DNA of 64,000 nucleotides from Octopus sinensis (taxonomy: Eukaryota): assembly GCF_006345805.1 (NCBI RefSeq), contig NC_042997.1:109802001-109866000 (forward strand). The letters are read 5' to 3'. The stretch's first letter is position 1, and each line of letters begins with the position of its first letter. The translations under genes and the position numbers were made by a program. Positions 55,133 to 64,000 of this stretch are shown here, piece after piece. The notes beneath the pieces are model-generated. The model was not told the origin of the DNA. It was given only the letters and a program-made list of their open reading frames with translations, and did no database searches.

Positions 55133-55515
55133 TCAACCAATAAACGCCATCATTAAATCAAAAGTGATACAAAATAATTTGAAAGACAAAAAGCGCGTGT
55201 GTCTATATGTTTATATTCCTCATATGTCTGTCTGTCTGTCTTTCGCTGTATGTATATATGTGCATGTTTCTGTAAATGTACACACACACACATCAGACCG
55301 CGGTTATTGCACGGGCACCGCCCTTGAAGAATTTTTTAATCGAATGAATTGTCCCCACTATGTGATTCTATTTTGTTAAGCCCAAACTTCATCTATCTCC
55401 CTACCCCCACCCCCACATATATATATGTGTATCCCTCTGTTTCTCTCTCTCTCTCTTTATATATATATATATGTGTGTGTATGCATGTGCGTGTGAGTAT
55501 ATATATATATTATTC

Positions 55516-55838
55516 GTTTACTTGTTTCAGTCATTTGACTGTGGCCTTGCTGGAGCACTGCCTTTAGTCGAACAAATCGACCCCAGGACTTATTCTTTAT
55601 AAGCCTAGTACTTATTCTATCGGTCACTTTTGCCGAACCCTCATGTTACGGGGAGGTAAACACACCAACATCGTTTGTCAATCGAAGATGGGTGAGGGTA
55701 CAAACACACAGACGCAAATACATATACGACGGGCTTCTTTCAGTTTCCATCGACCCGAGGCTATAGTAGAAGACACTTGCCCAAGGTTCCATGCAGTTGG
55801 AAAGCAAGCTCCTTACCACACAGCCATGCCTGCGCCTA
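55516..55838 (-). mobile_element. SINE-B with internal deletions
   Basis: Same head (CACAGCCATGCCTGCGCCTA on the plus strand) and tail as 58583-58978. Confidence 0.88.
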
Positions 55839-55855
55839 TTATATATATATACTTG

Positions 55856-56157
55856 TGGAGGCGCAATGGTCCAGTGGTTAGGGAAGCGGACTCGCGGTCG
55901 TAGGATCGCGGTTTCGATTCCCAGACCGGGCGTTGTGAGTGTTTATTGAGCGAAAACACCTAAAGCTCCACGAAGCTCCGGCAGGGGGTGGTGGCGATCC
56001 CTACTGTACTCTTTTGCCAAAACATTCTCTCACTCTTTCTTCTGTTGGCCTGCTCGCTTAGCCGGCGGGGTGGCGTCATTTGAAGGCTAAAACAAAGCGA
56101 AGCGATTTGTGACCAGCGATATGTAGCAACATCTGATAGTCTGGTCGGTCACGGTGA
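55856..56157 (+). mobile_element. SINE-C (tRNA-derived), inserted in a (TA)n tract
   Basis: GGAGGCGCAATGGTCCAGTGGTTAGG (A-box TGGTCCAGTGG), GGTTTCGATTCCC (B-box), unique body, end GGTCGGTCACGGTGA; (TA)n on both sides. Confidence 0.88.
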
Positions 56158-56678
56158 TATATATATATATATTTATGCTTCAAACATTTAACAAAAACGC
56201 AACTAGAAAATTTGTAGCTTACTCCTCATCATTCAACGTCCAAGAGATCATTACAATTTCGCGCCTATACACACACACACACATAGAAAGAGAGAGAGAG
56301 AGAGAGGGATGAGGGAGAGGGCGAAACAGACTGTCAAATGTTGGCACCCTTTTCCGAGCTGTTGAGGACAGACTTCCGAGTTATCTTCCAAATTCTGATG
56401 CAATGAACATCTATGAGCACACTCTGCTGTTTATAAAGTTTTCTAACAGAGAGTATTTGTTGGCCTATCTATATTCTTTAAAAAGTTTACATTAACACAC
56501 ACACACCCATAACTACATACAGATATATGTATATTGAAATGAAAATTCCAGTTTATGGGGTCAGGCAGCTTGTTTTTGTTTTTTTTTTTTGAAGTTTCTT
56601 TATATTTACTGAAAGTTTTATTACTCGTAAGAAATATACAAAATTTGAATTCCCTTAAAACACACACACACACACACA

Positions 56679-56714
<36 letters not shown>

Positions 56715-56716
<2 letters not shown>

Positions 56717-56822
56717 CCGGCTTCTTTCAGCTTCCGTCTTTCAAATCCACTCATAAATCTTTGGCCGAGATTGAACACGGAAGCATGTGGCTGAGGAACA
56801 AGCTCCTTACTACGCGCATGCG
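56715..56822 (-). mobile_element. SINE-B 5' fragment
   Basis: CGACCGGCTTCTTTCAGCTTCCGTCT..CAAATCCACTCA...CATGTGG...AAGCTCCTTAC. Confidence 0.7.
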
Positions 56823-58582
56823 CCCAGCTTAGTTGAGAAACCGCAATAAACTAAGACAATCTTCGCAGTTTCTGTGATGATTCCAGTTGCTCGAAGTTCT
56901 TCAGCTTGCCATATTAAACTTATTGCAAGTCTATTTGACAGACTTTTGTGAAATGTTTTTATTTTCTATATCATGTCGTGTATTTTCTTTCTGTTCTACT
57001 TCATAAATGTATCACCCAAAGCGAGTAATATGGATTAGTTATGTCTTGGCGGCTTCATTCAATACAGGAAACTTTTAAAAAGGGAAACAAACTGGGAATT
57101 GAACCCGTGTGGGTTAAAGGAGGTTTTTTTGTATTTTTTCTGTTGCAGTCTAATTCCTTGCCTGATTTTAATAAAATATTCACGGTCTACGGCAGATCAA
57201 TTCCAGGATGAATGAAGTTGCAACATTTCTTCACTTTACAATCTGAATAATGTGTGTGGTGGTGGGGGGATGGGTTGTATATTTGTCCACACTAAACTGG
57301 AAATAAATAGCGCGAAGGCTTGATGCAAATGTATTTCCCTTGGCAGCCTTTAAATTCCGTTGAAATATCTTGTCATGTCAGAAGACCTTTTCACCGCTTG
57401 CTTGTGTCTGGTGGCTGGTGGCAATCTAATATTACAAGTCCACAACATTAAAGCCGTTGATTTTATTGTTTGTTTATACATGCAAGATGGCAAGATGGAG
57501 GTTTTGATTACAGCATCTTATTACTGTTTAATCGCTCAATCTATAAGCATGCCATGTGGCAACTCTCTAAACACTCTTCCATTATTACAGTAGAAGCTGA
57601 GCTAAGAGGAGCACTAAATTCTTATTACGGTTATTAATTCATGGACGGATTATCTTTGTGAATCTACACATAAGATCGATAAATCATCGATAAATAGCTT
57701 AACTACTTCGCCATTGGATATATTTCTCAGGAGGATTATTTATATAAAAAGAAGCAACAAAAACCAAGTCATATTAATTAGTAATGGCGTTGTTGCATTC
57801 ATCGCCATTTAGCTTTTTTTATTTTTATTTTTTGGTTTTATTTTATTTTATTTTAGTTTGTCTTTGTTTCTTTTGTCACCACTCTCCACAATGTCTGGTC
57901 TTCAATTACAACATACTGAATCAGAAAATCACACCTGGAGATAATTGGATTGTCAACTAATAGGTGTGTGTATGTGTGTGTGTGTGTATGTGTGTGTGTG
58001 TGTGTATGTGTGTGTGTGTGTAATATATATGAGCGTGCAGAGGCGAAGGTCAGTATAAAATCTTTGTACAGTTTTTAGCGCTACATTTAAAGCGTTTGAT
58101 CGCATCCGTTCTGTATACGATAGAATTAAACTGGCAAATATATTTGGAGACATCATGCATTTATTTTATCATTTTCAATGAGAAAAAATCATTCAAAATT
58201 GGAGACTATGTAAACGAACCACCCTTTATTGGCTGTGGAGATGATATGTGAAGGCGAGGATGACTAATGTGATTCGGGGTAGAACCGAAGATCCGATGTG
58301 AAACTTGGTTCAAGGGCGTCCGTATCGTGTTACCAATTCTTGGTGGAACGACGGCGGTAGACATGAAGAAAAAGTAATGATCTCAAAACCAATTTCGTTC
58401 TAAAATTTAACAGATTACTACTACTACTACTACTACTTTAACGAATTTAATCAAATGTTTTCGAACCGCTAAGTTCCTGGACACAAAAACGAAAGCAATG
58501 CTCTCTCTCTCTCTCTCTCTCTCACCCGACATACAGACACGCACACACGCGCGATGAAAGTAAAAGAGTATATATATATATG

Positions 58583-58978
58583 CTCTTTTCTCTCTCTTTT
58601 ACTTGTTTCAGTCATTTGACTGCGGCCATGCTGGAGCACCGCCTTTAGTCGAGCAAATCGACCCCGGGACTTATTCTTTGTAAGCCCAGTACTTATTCTA
58701 TTGGTCTCATTTGCCGAACCGCTAAGTGACGGGGACGTAAACACACCAGCATCGGTTGTCAAGCAATGCTAGGGGGACAAACACACACACATACACATAT
58801 ATATACATATATACGACAGGCTTCTTTCAGTTTCTGTCTACCAAATCCACTCACAAGGCATTGGTCGGCCCGGGGCTATAGCAGAAGACACTTGCCCAAG
58901 ATGCCATGCAGTGGGACTGAACCCGGAACCATGTGGTTGGTTAGCAAGCTACTTACCACACAGCCACTCCTGCGCCTA
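58583..58978 (-). mobile_element. Full-length SINE-B
   Basis: Reverse complement: TAGGCGCAGGAGTGGCTGTGTGGTAAGTAGC...GGTTCCGGGTTCAGTCCC...CTTGGGCAAGTGTCTTC...tail AAACAAGTAAAAGAGAG. Confidence 0.93.
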
Positions 58979-59286
58979 TTTAACTCCATTTCGCTCTGCA
59001 CGGCAGTTGGAAGAAACTATCCACTGTGTAAACGTGGGATATATATATATAGATGATTTATATAGAAACTCACACACACACACACATACACTGTGTGCGT
59101 GTATGTGGAAAGGCTAATGTATGCGTGAACGAGCGCAATTCCGAAGAGAATGATATATGCGTCGTGTACTCGTTCACCGAATTATTCTGTGCAACCCATA
59201 CACCCTGCATCCAGCACGATTTTTTCTTTGTCCTTCTATCAACTGCGACTCTATCTCTCTCTCCTCCTCTCTCTCTCTCTCTCTCT

Positions 59287-59329
<43 letters not shown>

Positions 59330-59823
59330 AGATTTTGTGAATGTGTGCAAATATCGTTGAAGTATTGTTTAATGAAACCAATTATGTGATCGGGTGTGAT
59401 TTTGTAAATGATAATAATAATAATGATAATAATAATAATAATAATAATATAACATCCAAGTGAAGAACAATAAGGAAACCGAATACCAAATGAACTGGCA
59501 TGGTGGACGTAAAACATAAAAAAAGTGATGCCAAGGGAAACAGAGAGACAGAGAGGGGGTAGAAAGGGACTGTGTAACCTTTAAAACGTATGATCTGGTG
59601 TCTTAATGCATAATGACATTCAGTTGACAATTCACTAACATCGTCATCATTTTTATTGTTGTCATCGTCGTCGAGATAATCGTTATTCCATATTTTACCA
59701 AAATGACCTTTTCCTTTCATCCTTTTGTAAGACGTTGATTAAATACTTTTTGTCCACTTAAACCGACTGTTCCATCCTCGGAAGTACGTTGCTGTGCGTA
59801 TCACTTGAATTCATCATCCTCTA

Positions 59824-59880
<57 letters not shown>

Positions 59881-59904
59881 TATTATTATTAATATTATTA
59901 TTAT

Positions 59905-60460
59905 TGAGTGAGAGAGCAGTGCATGCCATCAAAGTGACACTGGGGTAAAATATACAAAGCCCAGTATACCCGTCATGACTACCCGTCTGATAAGGGTACA
60001 CCAGGCACATGCATCACAACCACATGTGCGCGACATGATGATCTCATATCAAGATAAACAGAGCATGACCTTGCAGGTGGGGCCCAGTTAAAATTTTCTC
60101 TGGTCGTATCCCATTCCGCTCAAAAGGTCCCTGAATAAGGGTTGTTTAAGGATGTTGAACGAACACCCCATGTTTCCAGAGGTGAATTATTCAAACCCCA
60201 AAGAATCTCTCTCACACATGGCTATGATGCTCCCCCACTACTTCTGCTCGTGATCAGAGATGCACATATCGTCAGCCACTAAGGGACATGCTCAACTGGT
60301 TATGGTCAAACAACTGACAAGCAAATCGGTGGCATTGAGCAGAATATTTGCTGTAGCCCATCTTTTATACCAAGACAAAACAATGTACATGATAACACTT
60401 CCAATCAGTTAAGATCAGAAGCCATGAGAGCCACTGCCTGGTACTGCATCAGAGCATTTA
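59905..60460 (-). mobile_element. Apparently full-length repeat E (~555 bp, non-coding) embedded in an (ATT)n tract
   Basis: (ATT)n on both sides (59826-59904, 60459-60535); homologous to 1-383 and 27590-27623; no long ORF. Confidence 0.8.
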
Positions 60461-61104
60461 TTATTATTATTATCATCATTATTATTATTATGATTATTAT
60501 TATTATTGTTAATATTATTATTATTATTATTATTAGTGGTAGTAGTAGTAGTAGTTAGTAGTAGTAGTAGCAGCAGCAGCAGCAGCAGCAGCAGCAAAAG
60601 TGTTCAAATGGCATGCTGAAGGGACTGATAGAAGGGTGGAAAGTGCGTTGATGTATTTGCTTAGACTCTTTACATTCTGAGCTGAATCCTCACCGACAAC
60701 GTAATTTCCTCTTTGTTGCTTTTGTTTGTTAGAATCCTCATTTCTTCCCTGTTGCTTCCGGTCATCTTCAACACATTTCTTCACCATTCGCATTTTCTTT
60801 CCATCCTACAAAATCTTCCCATCTTCCTTTTGAAGAAGAACCGACGTTCCATACGTCGACCGCACTTCTGCTTTCTTAATCTCTCTTCATGTGTCCCACT
60901 AATACTAACTCACTGGCTTCACGCTATTACCATCGTTAATCTTTAATCTAACCACGCTTACACAAAGCAAAAATTGGGGTTCAACGTAGGCATCGAACTG
61001 AGTGCTACTTCGGTCATTTTTAAATTCCTTCCAGAGAATTCCCTTCACTTCGTCACGACAATACAAAGGAATAACGGCGCAATATCTATATAAACATAGA
61101 AGAA

Positions 61105-61460
61105 AAGGCGGCGAGCTGAGTTCAAATTCTGCCGAGGTCCACTTTGCCTTTCATCCTTTTGGAGTCGATAAATTAAGTACCAGTTACGCACTGGGGTCGA
61201 TGTAATCGACTTAATCCGTTTGTCTGTCCTTGTTTGTCCCCTCTGTGTTTAGCCCCTTGTGGGTAGTAAAGAAATAGGTATTTCGTCTATCTTTACGTTC
61301 TGAGTTCAAATTCCGCCGAGGTTGACTTTGCCTTTCATCCTTTCGGAGTCGATAAATTAAGTACCAGTTACGCACTGGGGTCGATATAATCGACTTAATC
61401 CGTTTGTCTGTACTTGTTTGTCCCCTCTGTGTTTAGCCCCTTGTGGGTAGTAAAGAAATA
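61105..61460 (+). mobile_element. SINE-A dimer with internally deleted head and 11-bp TSD
   Basis: GGCGGCGAGCTG|AGTTCAAATT head; junction GAAATAGGTA|TTTCGTCT (61271-61288); TATATAAACAT flanks it at 61087-61097 and 61461-61471. Confidence 0.92.
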
Positions 61461-62005
61461 TATATAAACATGTAATAAACTGCTGCCTTATCACATGGGG
61501 TGGGGTTGGGGAATACTATGTAATTTGCATATTGATATTGTCATATTGCCACGAATAAATTTTAAGAATATATCAATGCAATATTAATATTGCTTTGGTG
61601 TTTTATATTCTTTATTATCCTGAAATAAAAAATGAAAAAATGTCTGAAACATAAACTCTGTTGTCGAACGAAATGCGATGAAGAAATATTGACACTTTAC
61701 GAAACCCTGGCGTCTCTTTATTTATGTGAGTTGTGACATTCACCATTGCTGGTTCAATTCTTTACTGATAGTTCACTGTCTACGCTTTTGTATACTTATG
61801 CGTGTGTACAGGAGGTGTGTGTATTTCTGAATAAAATCATCATCGTTTCTTCTAAGTTTGTGTGTGTGTGTACATATGTTTGAGAAGCTGCATACGCGTT
61901 TTTATTGGCCTGTCTTTTATGACATGACATATTTGTGTGTGTGTGTGTGTGTATAGCTATTGGCTAATCTTTTATGGTAATGTCGTCTTCCTTTGACTCT
62001 CTCTT

Positions 62006-62040
<35 letters not shown>

Positions 62041-62574
62041 CTCGCTCTCTTAGCACCACTCTGCTTACATGCATTTGTAAGAAATATATTATCATATAAT
62101 GAATCGGAAAGAGCTAATTGGAATGAAAAACTGCCGTTTCTGTAGAATTGATTAACATATGAAAAGACCTTATCAAATCAGCATCTGCAGTCATCGCTTT
62201 AGCTGGGAGATGGAGTTGTGTGTTCATTGACATTTATGGAGAGTAAATTGTACAATAACAACACCACTAACAACACCAGCATAACGACAATAAGACTACA
62301 ACCATCGACCACAGCTCTAACAACAACAAAAACATCACCTCCGCCACCAACAGCGTCGTTGCCATCACTAACGACATCAATATCAACAACAGCGACAACA
62401 CAAACTCCATCAGTAACACTTAAACATCACCAACAACAACAACACTACCCCCACCAGAACACCAGCACCGCCACCACCATCATTAGAACAACAACAACAA
62501 CAACACTAGAAGCAGTAACCAAAACAGATAGCAAATCGATCGGGAGCGATTCTACTAAAACCATTCTGAAATAG

Positions 62575-62964
62575 TAGTAGTAGTAGTAGTGGTGGTGGTG
62601 GTGGTGGTGGCAGTTGTAGTAGTGGTGGTGGTGGTGGTGGTGGCAGTTGTAGTAGTGGTGGTGGTGGTGGTGGTGGCAGTTGTAGTAGTGATGGTGGTGG
62701 TGGTGGTGGCAGTTGTAGTAGTGATGGTGGTGATGGTGGCAGTAGTAGTAGTGGTGGTGGTGATGGTGGCAGTAGTAGTAGTGGTGGTGGTGGTGGCAGT
62801 AGTAGTGGTGGTGGTGGTGGTGGTGGTGGTGATGGCAGTAGTAGTAGTAGTAGTGGTGGTGGTGGTGGCAGTAGTAGTAGTAGTAGCAGTGGTGACTGTG
62901 GTGGTTGTGGTGGTAGTAGTAGTTAGTGGTGATGGTGGTGGTGGTGGTGGTGGTGGTGGTGGTG

Positions 62965-63000
<36 letters not shown>

Positions 63001-63003
63001 GTA
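62575..63003. repeat. (GTG/GTA/GCA) trinucleotide-based degenerate minisatellite
   Basis: Directly visible; source of the poly-V ORF at 62589-63020. Confidence 0.95.
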
Positions 63004-63502
63004 AAAGTATCTTAGTTTAAAAGCGAAGAACAAAATATTGATTTTCTTGTCTGTTTAGAATTACTCTCCCCTCCGCCATGTTGTCATCTGAAAATTGTGA
63101 CAAAGATATATATATATACACAGCTGGTTGGTATTGCTACAGTTGGCTGTGAAGCATGAAGACCAATGGCAGGATATTAGTGCTTGGTTGGATTGTAAGA
63201 ATTTGCCATAACAGACGGAAGCAAATTTCTCGTCACTATACATACAGACAGACATATTCTTTTTCGGGGTTTTTACATGGTATATTTCTTTATTTTCTCA
63301 CTTTGTCACAAGGTGATGCATTGTGGGAGACATTTCCTGGTTATATCATCCCAAGTACATAACTGGTACTATGCAGTTTTATAAGAATGAAAGACAAACT
63401 TGATCTCTGTAGTTTGTATGTGTATATAAATGTATGTGTGTGTATATGTGTGTATATATATTTATATGTATGTGTGTATGATGATAATGATGACTTTTTG
63501 TG

Positions 63503-63817
63503 TGCACAGTTTGTGACAGACTATGCCTTTATTTTGCTGGACTCAAATCTCATTTTCGGACCCATGAAAATCGAACATCCACCGATTATTTTGTCTACAT
63601 ACCTGTGCACACCTGTCAATGCAATGTATGCCAGAAGTTCTGCAATAAAATGTATGCCTGATGGTTTGCAAATCTAACGAAGGCCTCAAAAGACATTTTA
63701 AGATCCACAAAGATCAGAACCTATTTGCAGGTATTGGTGGTCCAAATCAGAGGTGCAATCTATGTGGGTATCTTTGCAGAACATTTTTCTGGTTTAGAAA
63801 GCCACATCAGACGCTAT
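63503..63817 (+). pseudogene. Decayed array of three C2H2 zinc fingers, probably the C-terminus of an RTE-type LINE ORF (relic may extend to about 63150-63920)
   Basis: ZF1 CTVCDRLCLYFAGLKSHFRTH (63503-63565, C-X2-C-X12-H-X3-H). ZF2 C(N)VCLMVCKSNEGLKRHFKIH (to 63708), after a small duplication/frameshift. ZF3 CNLCGYLCRTF/SGLESHIRRY (63754-63817), +1 frameshift. Linkers are not TGEKP. The RTE assignment is inferred. Confidence 0.7.
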
Positions 63818-63922
63818 GATGGATCTAAGGTATAAGAGGGCGCCAGACTCTGCATAAGGAATAAACAACCACCATATGATGATGGTGGTCGCTTCAGCTT
63901 GGCAGATGATAGCCGTTCCATC

Positions 63923-63980
<58 letters not shown>

Positions 63981-64000
63981 ACCACCACCACCACCACCAC

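Noticed and set aside
55856-55935. tRNA-like sequence
   Set aside because: It has A/B boxes but continues into a SINE body with no proper acceptor stem or poly-T terminator. The same applies to the heads of families A, B and D.
62218-63020. Thr-rich mucin-like reading frames
   Set aside because: Pure trinucleotide low-complexity DNA with no flanking coding signal.

Overview
Eukaryotic, AT-rich, microsatellite-saturated non-coding DNA. The SINE families and repeat landscape are characteristic of an Octopus (coleoid cephalopod) genome; this is recognition from memory, not a database match. I find no intact protein-coding gene, RNA gene or CRISPR array, so the window is probably a large intron or intergenic region. 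Almost all ORFs in the supplied track are translations of simple repeats such as (TA)n, (CA)n, (CT)n and (AAT)n. The genuine protein-like sequence is all transposon relic: three R4/Dong-type non-LTR fragments in (TAA)n tracts (26.9-27.5 kb, 31.2-31.4 kb, 31.4-32.6 kb), two mariner relics (42.5-43.5 kb, 50.6-51.0 kb), and a decayed triple C2H2 zinc-finger array, probably an RTE-type LINE 3' end (63.5-63.8 kb). At least four tRNA-derived SINE families are present (labelled A-D here). The most interesting element is at 5420-5981: an inverted dimer of a composite with a tRNA-like head, an (AAT)n tract and a Penelope-like tail with a hammerhead-ribozyme core, enclosed by one 12-bp target-site duplication. 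Also notable are SINE-A multimers with one recurring junction and single flanking TSDs, and arrays of elements stacked in (TAA)n tracts. These are observations about mobile-element biology, and their novelty cannot be established without database searches.
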